Assembly: GCA_964536725.1 (NCBI GenBank)
Contig: CAZHYJ010000003.1
Location: forward strand, 39,065-103,064
DNA: 64,000 nt
Reading direction: 5' to 3'
From: an uncultured Gammaproteobacteria bacterium
Lineage (GTDB): Bacteria > Patescibacteriota > Patescibacteriia > Magasanikbacterales > GWA2-37-8
Under the pieces are notes generated by a model. It had not been told where the DNA came from and ran no database searches. It saw only the letters and a program-made list of their open reading frames with translations. The position numbers and the translations under genes were made by a program. Shown piece after piece: positions 1 to 9,825 of the stretch. Within the stretch, counting starts at the first letter, position 1, and each line of letters begins with the position of its first letter.

Positions 1-115
1 TATTATGGAAGAGAAAGAATTTTTGGATCGACGAGAAATTGGCGATAAGTTTTTGTATAGCATTTTTGAATCGAAAAACACAATCATCGCCGACTTGTTT
101 CATTTTGTTTAAAAT

Positions 116-493
116 ATGTATTTATTTTTAGACAATTCGGATGCGGAGAATATTGTTTTGGGATTGTGGTTGAACAACGATTTGGTTCAACGTAGTTATC
201 CCGCCGGAGAGAAAAATTTGGTGGTGGCGATTGATAAATTTTTACAAGAAGAAAAGTGTGTTTTGAAAGATGTGAAGGGTATTGCGGTAGTAGTTGGCAA
301 AGGAAGTTTTACTTCCACGCGGATTGCCGTGACGGTGGCCAATACCTTGTCTTACGCTTTGGGAGTGCCAGTTGTAGCCACCAGTTCGATTGACGAACCA
401 GATTTAATCACCAAGATTAAAAACGCCAAGAAAGATGTCTTGGTAAGTGCTGTTTACAGCGGCGAACCAAACATTGGGAAAAAACGTAGTTAA
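116..493 (+). CDS. tsaB: tRNA threonylcarbamoyladenosine biosynthesis protein TsaB-like (short form, inactive Kae1/YeaZ-family N-domain)
   Basis: Motifs LFLDNSD...GKGSFTSTRIAVTVANTLSYALGVPVV match the YeaZ/TsaB N-terminal fold; only about 125 aa. Confidence 0.55.
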   Translation: MYLFLDNSDAENIVLGLWLNNDLVQRSYPAGEKNLVVAIDKFLQEEKCVLKDVKGIAVVVGKGSFTSTRIAVTVANTLSYALGVPVVATSSIDEPDLITKIKNAKKDVLVSAVYSGEPNIGKKRS

Positions 494-496
494 TAT

Positions 497-1990
497 ATGT
501 CATCAGATTATCGTCGTTATCGTTTTTATGAAATGTTGCCTGGTATTAGTATTTGGGGTACTTTGTTGGTGGCCTTAATTTTAGCTTTCTTCAAACCGAT
601 TTGGATGATTTATGGAATCATTGTCTTTGATGTTTATTGGATGATTAGAGTGATATATTTTTCTTTTTATCTAATACTTTCTTGGCGCCGCTTTCGTAGG
701 GCGTTAAAAATTAGTTGGTTAGACAGATTGAAGAAAGATTGTGATGGTAAATGGGAAGACAAAAAGAATGTAGTGTTTTTGCCCATGTATAATGAAAGCT
801 TTGCGGTAGTAGAAGAAACTTTGACGGCTTTGGCAAAGTCTACTTACCCATTAAAAAAGCTTTATGTTGTTATCGCTGGTGAAGCGCGCAAACAGCACCA
901 TTGGGAGGAAATCCAGAAAAAAACACAAGAAAAATTCCCAGATGTTTTTGCTGATTTGATTTTTTACACTCATCCCGAAGGGTTAGCCGGAGAGATTCCA
1001 GGCAAGGGTTCAAATATCAACTACGCGGAAAAGGAATTCAGAAAATATGCGGATGCTAGGGGGTGGAATTACGGCGATATTATTGTGTCGATATTTGATG
1101 TTGATACTGTTGTGCATCCTGAATATTTTTCCCATTTGACCTGTTTGTATTGTTTGCACCCTGATCCAACCCGTAGTTCGTTCCAACCAGTAACACTATA
1201 CAACAACAACCTGTGGGACTCGCCGGCGATTTTGCGTATCATGGCGTTTGGTACTACTTTTTGGATGATGTTTAGTTTGGCACGTTTGGATAATTTGGTA
1301 ACTTTTTCTTCGCACAGCATGAGTTTTCAGGCGATTGTGGATTGTGGTGGGCACGCGAAGGATATTGTCAGTGAAGATTCGCACATTTTTTTTCAGTGTT
1401 GGTTAAAAAATAGTGGAAACTACGAAGTGACGCCATTGTATATTCCAGTTTCAATGGACACTGTGCGTGACGAAAATATTTGGAAGAGTTTGAAAAATTT
1501 GTATTTGCAACAACGCCGTTGGGCGTGGGGTTCAGAAAATATCCCTTTTTTACTTTGGGAGTTTAAAAAACACCAAGAAATATCTTGGGTCAAAAAATTT
1601 GCTTTACTTTTTCATGAGTGGGAGGGAAAGTGGAGTTGGGGTGTGGTGGCGATTTTGTTAACCATCTTAGGAAGAATTCCATTATGGGTAGCGAGTGAAG
1701 AGGTTAGACAAAGTGCATTGTTCTTTAACACCCCGTATGTCTTAGAGAACCTAATGAGTTTGGCAATGCTCGGAATGTTTGTTTCTGCCATCCTCAGTAT
1801 GTTGCTTTTACCACCACGACCACAGGCCCATCGGTTTTACAAATATCTGTTCATGTTAGTGCAGTGGGCGCTGTTGCCAGTTTCGCTGATTTTATTCTCA
1901 GCCATACCTTGTCTGGATGCGATTACACATTTAATGTTTGGAAAATATTTAGGTTTTAACGTCTCCGCTAAAAAACGTACAACTTCATAA
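497..1990 (+). CDS. membrane glycosyltransferase family 2 (processive, cellulose/chitin-synthase-like, QxxRW motif)
   Basis: Multiple TM segments; FLPMYNES, DVDT and QQRRWAWG motifs typical of processive GT2 enzymes. Confidence 0.7.
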   Translation: MSSDYRRYRFYEMLPGISIWGTLLVALILAFFKPIWMIYGIIVFDVYWMIRVIYFSFYLILSWRRFRRALKISWLDRLKKDCDGKWEDKKNVVFLPMYNESFAVVEETLTALAKSTYPLKKLYVVIAGEARKQHHWEEIQKKTQEKFPDVFADLIFYTHPEGLAGEIPGKGSNINYAEKEFRKYADARGWNYGDIIVSIFDVDTVVHPEYFSHLTCLYCLHPDPTRSSFQPVTLYNNNLWDSPAILRIMAFGTTFWMMFSLARLDNLVTFSSHSMSFQAIVDCGGHAKDIVSEDSHIFFQCWLKNSGNYEVTPLYIPVSMDTVRDENIWKSLKNLYLQQRRWAWGSENIPFLLWEFKKHQEISWVKKFALLFHEWEGKWSWGVVAILLTILGRIPLWVASEEVRQSALFFNTPYVLENLMSLAMLGMFVSAILSMLLLPPRPQAHRFYKYLFMLVQWALLPVSLILFSAIPCLDAITHLMFGKYLGFNVSAKKRTTS

Positions 1991-1994
1991 TCAT

Positions 1995-3422
1995 ATGCGA
2001 TTTAAATTAATAATCTTTCTGGTAATTTTCTTAGGACTAGGAGCGGCGGTATTTTTTGGGGTACGTTACTGGCAATCAGGTAGTTGGCGTCAAACTGTTT
2101 TTGAAACGGTAGGTGGCCGTTTAGTTAAAGATCAAAATCAATTAAATCTTTTTCAGCAGATGCTAGGTTTTGAAAAACCCCAGACTTACTTGGTTTTGTT
2201 TTTAAACAACACCGAGATTCGTCCGGGTGGTGGATTCATCGGTACTTACGCAGTAGTGAAGATGGACAAAGGCAGTCCACAATTGTTAAAAACCGAAGGA
2301 ACGGAGGTTTTGGACTACAGTATGCCAAATGATGTTTTGCCTTTACCACCCAAACCACTTGGGGATCAAGTGTTGGTGGACAAATGGTATTTCCGTGATA
2401 GTAATTGGTCGCCTGATTTTCGTCTGTCAGCGGAAAAATCTTTGGAGTTGTATCGTTTAGAAAAAGGGTTGGAGGCGGACAACATTAATACCGTGGTGGC
2501 GTTTACGCCGACTTTGATTGAGAAGATGTTAAAAATTGTTGGACCGATCACTGTGCGTGGAGAAGAATTTACCGCGGAGAACTTTTTGGCGAAAACGCAG
2601 TATGAGGTGGAATATGCCTATGGTGCCAAGGGTGTGCCCAAAGCAGAGCGTAAAGGCATTTTGGGTGATATGGCCAAAGTGTTACTTGGTAAACTGCCGG
2701 GACAAATTTTTTCCAATTGGAAAACATATTATGATCTCTGGCAAGAAATGGTGGAGGAAAAGCAGATTATGTTTTACGCTGTCGACCCAAACATGCAAAC
2801 AGTTTTCAAAACACAAAACTGGTCCGGGGAGATGTTGAACACCGATGGTGATTACATGTTGTGGGCGGATGCGAATCTGGGGGCGATGAAAACCGACTTG
2901 GCGATTACGCGTAATTTGTCCTACGAAATTCAGCCGACTTCTTCCGGTAAGTTTTTGGCGACGGTGTCGATGACTTACAAACACAGCGGGTCGTTTGATT
3001 GGCGTACTACTCGTTATCGCAGTTATGCACGGGTATATGTTCCAGTAGGAAGTAAACTAGTTAGTAGTGTTGGATCAATGGAAAAAGACAAAAGCACCGT
3101 TCCAGGTAAAATTGACAGTGGGATAGAAAACAATCGCCAATGGTTTGGTGGTTTCATTTCGCTGGAACCAGGACAGACGAAAAAATTGTCATTCACCTAC
3201 TTGCTGCCAGAAAAAATTCAAACACAGATCGGTGCCGGACAATATATATTGTTTGTGCAAAAACAGTTGGGGATATTAAGTACCGATATGAATTTGAAAT
3301 TAAATTTTGGCAAACCATTGGTAGCGGCTGCGCCTGGGGAGGATAAAAGTAAATATGGAGATAGCTTGTATGAGTTAAATACTGCTCTCAGCTCTGACCG
3401 GGAGTTTATTGTTAAATTTTGA
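1995..3422 (+). CDS. DUF4012-like membrane-anchored protein (often paired with GT2 in reduced genomes)
   Basis: N-terminal TM helix followed by a large extracytoplasmic domain; immediately downstream of the GT2 gene; family assignment from memory. Confidence 0.4.
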   Translation: MRFKLIIFLVIFLGLGAAVFFGVRYWQSGSWRQTVFETVGGRLVKDQNQLNLFQQMLGFEKPQTYLVLFLNNTEIRPGGGFIGTYAVVKMDKGSPQLLKTEGTEVLDYSMPNDVLPLPPKPLGDQVLVDKWYFRDSNWSPDFRLSAEKSLELYRLEKGLEADNINTVVAFTPTLIEKMLKIVGPITVRGEEFTAENFLAKTQYEVEYAYGAKGVPKAERKGILGDMAKVLLGKLPGQIFSNWKTYYDLWQEMVEEKQIMFYAVDPNMQTVFKTQNWSGEMLNTDGDYMLWADANLGAMKTDLAITRNLSYEIQPTSSGKFLATVSMTYKHSGSFDWRTTRYRSYARVYVPVGSKLVSSVGSMEKDKSTVPGKIDSGIENNRQWFGGFISLEPGQTKKLSFTYLLPEKIQTQIGAGQYILFVQKQLGILSTDMNLKLNFGKPLVAAAPGEDKSKYGDSLYELNTALSSDREFIVKF

Positions 3423-3432
3423 TTATTGTAGT

Positions 3433-4440
3433 ATGTTTATCAAGAAAATTGGAATTGATTTGGGTACAACTAATGTTCTAGTTTACGTTCCGAAAAAGGG
3501 TGTGATTTTGAACGAACCATCAGTGGTGGCGGTGTCGAAAGCGGACAGTAAGGTTTTGGCTGTTGGCTTAGAAGCTAAAGACATGATTGGTCGTACACCT
3601 GATACCATTCTTGCCGAACGACCACTGAAGGACGGGGTAATCGCGAACTATCATGCCACCGAAGCAATGTTGCGGTATTTTATCAACAAAGCTTTGGGCG
3701 GTGTGCGTTTGTTTCGTCCCGAGGTGATGGTGGCAGTGCCAGCGGGAATTACTTCTACTGAACGACGGGCGGTAATTGATGCTACTTTGGCAGCAGGCGC
3801 ACGTGCGGCTTACATTATCAAAGCTCCAGTGGTAGCGGCGATTGGTGCTGACATCCCGATTGGTGCCGCTTCCGGGCATATGATTATTGATATTGGTGGT
3901 GGTACTGCGGAGATTGCCGTGATCTCTTTAGGTGGCATTGTTTCTTGGGGTTCGGCGCGTATTGGTGGGAACAAGTTTGATTCGGCGATTACTGAATATA
4001 TACGCCATAAATATAACCTGGCGGTGGGTGAGCGGACAGCGGAAGAAGTGAAAGTAAAAGTTGGTTCGGCGTTGTTTATGGAAAAACCGTTGACCACACA
4101 AATTAAAGGACGGGATATGGTAACGGGGTTACCGCGAATTATCACGGTTAATTCTGATGATACGACCGAAGCGCTGCAGCACGATTTGGAAATGTTAATT
4201 GATGCGATCAAAGATGTTTTGCATCGCACACCGCCGGAACTTTCGGCTGATGTGATGGACAAGGGTATTATCCTTTCGGGTGGGTCAGCATTACTACGAA
4301 ATTTAGACGAGCTGATTAGTCAATCAACCGGTGTGCCGACCTATGTCGCAGAAGATCCGCTTTTGTGCGTGGCCAAAGGTACGGGGATTGCACTTGATAA
4401 TTTGGAAAGTTACAAGCGTAGTATTTTGGCGACTAAGTAG
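3433..4440 (+). CDS. mreB: rod shape-determining actin homolog MreB
   Basis: IGIDLGTTN phosphate-1 motif, actin-fold motifs throughout; start moved to second Met (3433) to avoid overlap with upstream gene. Confidence 0.9.
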   Translation: MFIKKIGIDLGTTNVLVYVPKKGVILNEPSVVAVSKADSKVLAVGLEAKDMIGRTPDTILAERPLKDGVIANYHATEAMLRYFINKALGGVRLFRPEVMVAVPAGITSTERRAVIDATLAAGARAAYIIKAPVVAAIGADIPIGAASGHMIIDIGGGTAEIAVISLGGIVSWGSARIGGNKFDSAITEYIRHKYNLAVGERTAEEVKVKVGSALFMEKPLTTQIKGRDMVTGLPRIITVNSDDTTEALQHDLEMLIDAIKDVLHRTPPELSADVMDKGIILSGGSALLRNLDELISQSTGVPTYVAEDPLLCVAKGTGIALDNLESYKRSILATK

Positions 4441-4443
4441 TTT

Positions 4444-4998
4444 ATGCCCAAATTTAATAAATTATTAATTCTAGATTTGGACGAAACCCTGGTCTTTGCT
4501 ACTGAGAATAAAATAGATCGTGAGCCGGATTTTAAGGTATTAGATTATCATATTTATAAACGGCCTGGTTTGGATGTTTTTTTGGACACTTGTTTTGAGT
4601 GGTTTGATGTTGGGGTTTGGACCTCTTCTGGCGAATTATATGCGCAGGATGTTATAAAACAAATTTTTAAAGATGTGAGTAAATTAAAAGTTGTTTTAAC
4701 AAGCGGTCATTGTATTAGAAAATTTAACCATGATGTTGGTTGTCATTATACCGTAAAAGATTTAAAGAAAATTGTTAGTAAAACTGGATATCCCATAGAA
4801 CAGATTTTAATGGTAGACGACTCGAAAGAAAAAGTTGAAAGAAATTATGGAAATGCAATTATTGTGGGTGAATTTAATGGTCAATTGGATGACGATGAAT
4901 TACCGGAACTATTAAAATATTTAGAATCAATTGGTGTGGTAGAAAATATCAGGACAGTAGATAAGCGGGGGTGGAGGAGAAAACTTACAACAGTCTAA
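4444..4998 (+). CDS. NIF/FCP1-like HAD-family protein phosphatase (CTD small-phosphatase-like)
   Basis: ILDLDETLV (DxDxT) catalytic motif and YKRPGLDVFLD...VWTSS core typical of the NLI-interacting-factor phosphatase family. Confidence 0.7.
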   Translation: MPKFNKLLILDLDETLVFATENKIDREPDFKVLDYHIYKRPGLDVFLDTCFEWFDVGVWTSSGELYAQDVIKQIFKDVSKLKVVLTSGHCIRKFNHDVGCHYTVKDLKKIVSKTGYPIEQILMVDDSKEKVERNYGNAIIVGEFNGQLDDDELPELLKYLESIGVVENIRTVDKRGWRRKLTTV

Positions 4999-5023
4999 CG
5001 GCCCATATTTTTGCAAAGTTATT

Positions 5024-5266
5024 ATGAACTTACCAAACGAGGTATTGGAAATATTAAAAGGAAAATCCGTGGAAGATGTTGCTGTTAGTGTTTTGTATAA
5101 AAATTATCGCGGAGAGGAAGGTACTCGAAAAATTATTCCACTACAAATATATTTTGGTTCAACAGAATTTCATCCGACTGATCAATGGCTTTTAAAAGTT
5201 TGGGATTGTGACAAGAATGATTATCGGGTATATGCGTTTAAGGATATAAAACAAATTTTGGAATAG
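5024..5266 (+). CDS. hypothetical small protein
   Basis: 80 aa ORF in a compact operon context; no recognisable motif. Confidence 0.3.
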   Translation: MNLPNEVLEILKGKSVEDVAVSVLYKNYRGEEGTRKIIPLQIYFGSTEFHPTDQWLLKVWDCDKNDYRVYAFKDIKQILE

Positions 5267-5267
5267 G

Positions 5268-5981
5268 TTGTTATTTGTTATGGTTATATATAAAAAAATA
5301 CAAAAAAAGTATTACGATAAAGAGTGGGCTTCTCTAATTTTGTCTGACAAGCCAGGGCCAACGGGGTGGAGGACTAATATACCTGCTCCAGATTTTTCTA
5401 AGTTTGTCAGATATTTGAAAAAAAACAAGAAAAAACAGCGTATTTTAGATTTGGGCTGTGGCGGTGGTCGGCATTCAATAATGTTAGCTAAAAATGGTTT
5501 CGAAGTGTTTGGCGTTGATTTTTCCAAGCATGCAATAATAATAGCAAAACGCAGATCAAAAGAAGAAAAAACTTCAAACAATACCCACTTTACCACTGGT
5601 GATGTGCTAAAACTAAAATATGGCAAAGATTTTTTTGATGTCATAAACGACGATGGTTGTCTGCACCATATAGCCAAAAAAGATTGGTCAAAGTACTTAA
5701 AAAGCGTGGACAGAGTGCTTAAACCAGGTGGGATTCTTAGAATCAAAGTTTTTAGTATTAATTGCAACTATTATAAAGACAATCTTCCCCCTAAAAGTAA
5801 AAGCCACTGGGTTTTAACAAAGGGAGCGGATTACACCTATTTTTTTGATGAGCAAGAATTAAAGAAAATATTTGGTAAATATAAAATTATAAAATTTGAG
5901 GAAAAATTTCATTCAGAAACAAAAGAAAAGAAATTCTTTTTTGTTGTATTCAGAAAAGAGGGTGCTGTTGTCAATGAATAG
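5268..5981 (+). CDS. class I SAM-dependent methyltransferase
   Basis: ILDLGCGGGRHSIMLAKNGFEVFGVDFS glycine-rich SAM-binding motif I plus acidic motif II. Confidence 0.7.
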   Translation: MLFVMVIYKKIQKKYYDKEWASLILSDKPGPTGWRTNIPAPDFSKFVRYLKKNKKKQRILDLGCGGGRHSIMLAKNGFEVFGVDFSKHAIIIAKRRSKEEKTSNNTHFTTGDVLKLKYGKDFFDVINDDGCLHHIAKKDWSKYLKSVDRVLKPGGILRIKVFSINCNYYKDNLPPKSKSHWVLTKGADYTYFFDEQELKKIFGKYKIIKFEEKFHSETKEKKFFFVVFRKEGAVVNE

Positions 5982-7113
5982 TGTCCCTTTAATTTCTAAG
6001 CATATGTTAATTGGCATCGACGCCAGCCACACAGTGAAAGAACAACGAACGGGTGTAGAGGAAGTATGTTGGCAAATTATTGAAAATTTAAAAAAAGAAA
6101 TTCCGTCGGATGTGCGGGTAGTTTTGTATAGTCATAAAATGCCGACGGATAAATTAGCGATGTTGCCGGCTGATTGGGAATGGAAAATAATTCCCTGGCC
6201 ATTGAAAAAATTGTGGACACAGGGGGCGCTTGCGTTTGAGTTGATTAAAAATCCGCCGGATACATTTTTTTCTCCGGGACAGATCTTGCCATGGTACGTT
6301 CCGAAAAAGACCGTAGTGTTTTTGCACGATAGTGCTTTTTTGTTTTTTAAGTCGGCCTACAACTTTTGGGGGCGACAATATTTGCGGTTGATGAACTGGT
6401 GGATTGTTAAACGTGCGAGTCTGATTATCACCTCAACGGAATTTAATCGTTTGGAATTGGTACGACATTACGGTTTGGCTGTTGGTAAGAAAGTACAGGT
6501 TGTGCCGTTGGCATATGACAAAGAAAAATACAATGAAAGCGTTGTTCCACTGTCTAAGGAAGAGTTGTTGGATATGTTTGATGTCAGCAAACCATTTGCG
6601 CTCTTTGTTGGACGCTTGGAGGAAAAGAAAAATGTTAAACGTTTGGTTGCCGCCTTTAGCGAAGCGCGGGCAAAAAATGATTTTCAATTGGTTCTGAGTG
6701 GTCGGCCAGGGGTGGGTTTTGCGAAGATTAACAAAGAGATAGAATCCAGTCCATTTAAAAAAGACATTATACAACCGGGTTGGGTAGAGGCAGGGGATTT
6801 GTTGCGCTTACTTCGATCGGCCACTGTTTTGACCTTCCCATCTTCCTATGAGGGCTTTGGCCTGCCAGTTTTGGAGGCTTTTGCCGTTGGTACCCCGGTG
6901 CTAGCGAGCGATATCCCCGCACTACGTGAGGTGGGTGGGGATGCTATCTTTTTTGTTGATCACAACAATATTACTTCAATTAGCTTGGGTTTAGCGCACT
7001 TTTTCCTTAACCCAGAAGATCGGGCCGAAATGATTGATAAAGGAAAAGAGCGCGTTTCAGCTTTTTCTTGGGAAAAAACCGCGGCAGAGATTGCCAAAGT
7101 GCTTCTATTTTGA
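5974..7113 (+). CDS. glycosyltransferase family 4 (GT-B, group 1)
   Basis: C-terminal EGFGLPVLEAFAVGTPVLASD motif; start set at 5974 (MNSVPL...) overlapping the stop of the upstream gene. Confidence 0.8.
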   Translation: MNSVPLISKHMLIGIDASHTVKEQRTGVEEVCWQIIENLKKEIPSDVRVVLYSHKMPTDKLAMLPADWEWKIIPWPLKKLWTQGALAFELIKNPPDTFFSPGQILPWYVPKKTVVFLHDSAFLFFKSAYNFWGRQYLRLMNWWIVKRASLIITSTEFNRLELVRHYGLAVGKKVQVVPLAYDKEKYNESVVPLSKEELLDMFDVSKPFALFVGRLEEKKNVKRLVAAFSEARAKNDFQLVLSGRPGVGFAKINKEIESSPFKKDIIQPGWVEAGDLLRLLRSATVLTFPSSYEGFGLPVLEAFAVGTPVLASDIPALREVGGDAIFFVDHNNITSISLGLAHFFLNPEDRAEMIDKGKERVSAFSWEKTAAEIAKVLLF

Positions 7114-7157
7114 TATATTAATACTGGCTAATGGTGGCCTAATTTAAGTATATTTTT

Positions 7158-8072
7158 GTGTTTATAGGCAATTCGCAAGTTAATAATTTCTTTGAGGGTG
7201 CGGTTGCGAATGGTAGCCTTGCCCAGGTTTATTGTCTCACTGGGATAGACCATGTAGGTAAACACACCATGGCTGTGAAGTTGGCGAGTAAACTGTTGGG
7301 AGTTGAGCCAGAAAAAGTTTCTGGGCATCCTGACTATTATTATGTCAATCGCGGAGTGGACGAAAAGACGGGCAAAGAAAGAAAGGAAATTTCGGTTGGC
7401 CAGATTCGTCTGTTGCGTGCTTTTTTACAAAATCAATCCTGGCAAGGCGGTTGGCGCATAGTGGTGATTGATGAGGCGGAATTTTTAAACGAAGAATCGG
7501 GCAATGCTCTTTTGAAAAATTTGGAAGAACCAGGAGAAAAGACTTTATTTTTTTTACTGACCAAAAATGACGATCTGTTGTTAGCGACGATTCGCTCTCG
7601 TTCTGAGATGTGGTCTTTGAATCCAGTGAGTGATGGGGAGATAGAAAAGGGTTTGATTGATTTGGGGTGTGACGAAGATCGAGCAAAAAGAATTACATAT
7701 TTGTCCTCGGGACGTCCGGGGAGAGCGATAGAATTTTACCAGGAGGAAGAAAAACTGCAGGAGTGGGAAGAAGAAACACAGCGCTGGCGTGGTCTATGGA
7801 AGAAGCCGCTGTATGAGAGGTTGAAAATATTAGAGAGTATAATCGGAGAAAAAGATGAAACCGAGCGCAAAGAAACACGTTTACAAAAAGTATTAAATAT
7901 TTGGACGGAAGAAGGACGAAGGATGTTGCGCGAACAAGTCAGTACGGTTAATGATAAAAAAGAATTAGCAATTTTGATCAAGGTGATTGACTCACTGAGC
8001 GAAGCGCAAGTGATGCTAGAGCAGAACATCAATCCGAAGATGGTAATGGAAAAAATAATGTTACAATTTTAA
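7158..8072 (+). CDS. holB: DNA polymerase III delta-prime subunit
   Basis: AAA+ clamp-loader motifs: QVYCLTGIDHVGKHTMAVKLASKLLG, IVVIDEAEFL, and the delta-prime-like SRS region (TIRSRS). Confidence 0.7.
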   Translation: MFIGNSQVNNFFEGAVANGSLAQVYCLTGIDHVGKHTMAVKLASKLLGVEPEKVSGHPDYYYVNRGVDEKTGKERKEISVGQIRLLRAFLQNQSWQGGWRIVVIDEAEFLNEESGNALLKNLEEPGEKTLFFLLTKNDDLLLATIRSRSEMWSLNPVSDGEIEKGLIDLGCDEDRAKRITYLSSGRPGRAIEFYQEEEKLQEWEEETQRWRGLWKKPLYERLKILESIIGEKDETERKETRLQKVLNIWTEEGRRMLREQVSTVNDKKELAILIKVIDSLSEAQVMLEQNINPKMVMEKIMLQF

Positions 8073-8155
8073 AAATTAATAACTAAATTTCGTTTTTCTG
8101 AAAATTTTTATTGAGGTGCCTAGGGAGTCTCGCGACGACCGCGGCACCGAAATAA

Positions 8156-9274
8156 ATGTTTTCGGAAAAACGTAGAACTAAATTATTTATTATGAAAAAA
8201 ATATTTACGTTGTTCGCCCTGGTCGCCGGAATCTTATTAACTGGTGCCAGCTGTATTCAATTGGGTGGTACGCCTGCTGGTACAATGGGTGTGTTTCGCT
8301 CCAATGATAAGGGCGACACTTGGGCCTCCGCTTCGGCGGTGCCAACAGCGCAAGGAGTAAAGAGTATTAGTGGTGTAAATGTTTTTCGCTTACACACCGA
8401 CCCTTCCGATCCGAATGCGATTTATTTAGCCAGTCGTGGCCAGGGTCTAGAATATACCTATGACTACGGTGCTAGTTGGCGCGTAGTGGATGTATTGGGC
8501 GGTAAATTTATTTACGGTCTAGCAGTTGATCCAGCGAATAAATGTACGATCTACGTTACCGATGGTGCAAATATTTATAAAACAACCGATTGTAGTCGTA
8601 CTTGGAAATTAATTTATTCTGAACAGCGACCAGACCAAAGATTTGTTTCTTTAGCAATTGATTTTGGGAATTCCAAATTAATTTATGGCGGTATTACTGG
8701 TGGAGATGTGTTGGTAAGTAATGATGCGGGTTTAAGCTGGCGGGTGGTAAAAAGATTTGGTTTTGAATTACAATTTTTAGCAACTGATCCATCGACCCCG
8801 AAACGTTTGTATGCGGCTACTCAACGTAATGGATTGTTTCGTTCAGATGATGGTGGAGAAAACTGGATTGATTTGAATACTAATTTGGATAAATTTAATG
8901 AGAGTAAAACTTTTTATCGCTTGGTATTAAACCCTGGACAAAAGGATAGTTTGTTTTGGATCTCAAAATATGGTGTGTTGCGCTCGGATGATGCGGGACA
9001 AAATTGGACAGAGTTGAAACTGATCACCCCACCAGGTTCGGTTAATATTTACGCTTTTGCAATTAATCCAGATAACCAAAAAGAAATTTATTACACCGGT
9101 ACGATTTTGGGAGAGAAGAGCGAGAATATTCGTTCAACTTTTTACAAATCGGTTGACGGTGGAAACAATTGGGTGACAAAAAAGTTACCATCTAGTGCAG
9201 TGCCAACTTATTTATTAATCAACCCGCTGAACAGCAGCCAACTGATGCTCGGGTTTATGAATCTTGTACAATAA
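8156..9274 (+). CDS. secreted BNR/Asp-box repeat protein (Ycf48/sortilin-like beta-propeller)
   Basis: Signal peptide/lipoprotein-like N-terminus; six SxDxGxxW Asp-box repeats (SNDKGDTW, TDCSRTW, SNDAGLSW, SDDGGENW, SDDAGQNW, SVDGGNNW). Confidence 0.6.
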   Translation: MFSEKRRTKLFIMKKIFTLFALVAGILLTGASCIQLGGTPAGTMGVFRSNDKGDTWASASAVPTAQGVKSISGVNVFRLHTDPSDPNAIYLASRGQGLEYTYDYGASWRVVDVLGGKFIYGLAVDPANKCTIYVTDGANIYKTTDCSRTWKLIYSEQRPDQRFVSLAIDFGNSKLIYGGITGGDVLVSNDAGLSWRVVKRFGFELQFLATDPSTPKRLYAATQRNGLFRSDDGGENWIDLNTNLDKFNESKTFYRLVLNPGQKDSLFWISKYGVLRSDDAGQNWTELKLITPPGSVNIYAFAINPDNQKEIYYTGTILGEKSENIRSTFYKSVDGGNNWVTKKLPSSAVPTYLLINPLNSSQLMLGFMNLVQ

Positions 9275-9824
9275 TATGCAAATGAATGATTTTAAAGAGG
9301 GGTTTGACAAAGCAATAGATTTTTTGAAAGCGGATATCGCTGGTCTGCGCACCGGTCGCGCATCAGCGGCGATTGTTGATTCTATTACAGTTGAGGCTTA
9401 CGGTGTTCGTCAGCCAATCAAATCTGTGGCTTCAATTAATATTGTTGATTCGAAGACTTTGATGATCGATCCATGGGACAAGAGTACTTTAGGAGCGATA
9501 GAAAAAGGGATTCGCGAGGCCAATCTGGGTATCAATCCGGTAAATGACGGTCGTGGTATTCGTTTGTCTTTACCAGAATTAACCGTGGAACGTCGGGCGG
9601 AATTAATTAAAATTTTACATCAGCGCTTGGAGAATGCGCGAATTTCAGTGCGCAAAGTGCGTGAAGAGATTCGAGATATGTTGGTGGCGGAAGAAAAAGA
9701 AGGGGGAGTAAGTGAGGATGAAAAGTTTAAGATGCAGGAAGAGCTGGATAAAGTAGTGCGAGAGTACAATGATGAAATTAAATCAATTGGTGAAAAGAAA
9801 GAGGAGGAGATAACTACTATATAA
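9264..9824 (+). CDS. frr: ribosome recycling factor
   Basis: Full-length RRF similarity (IDPWDKSTLGAIEKGIREANLGINP...LPELTVERRAEL). Confidence 0.9.
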   Translation: MYNNMQMNDFKEGFDKAIDFLKADIAGLRTGRASAAIVDSITVEAYGVRQPIKSVASINIVDSKTLMIDPWDKSTLGAIEKGIREANLGINPVNDGRGIRLSLPELTVERRAELIKILHQRLENARISVRKVREEIRDMLVAEEKEGGVSEDEKFKMQEELDKVVREYNDEIKSIGEKKEEEITTI

Positions 9825-9825
9825 T

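Noticed and set aside
2-112. Partial ORF at the window start (IMEEKEFLDRREIGDKFLYSIFESKNTIIADLFHFV-stop)
   Set aside because: It could be the 3' end of an upstream gene, but it is too short and featureless to call.
1069-1384. Antisense ORFs (83 and 62 aa) inside the GT2 gene
   Set aside because: They lie fully within a well-supported coding region on the opposite strand and have no motif. The same reasoning applies to the other antisense track ORFs, for example 3568-4262, 5312-5767, 20118-20651, 34121-35317, 46645-47118 and 51261-52862.
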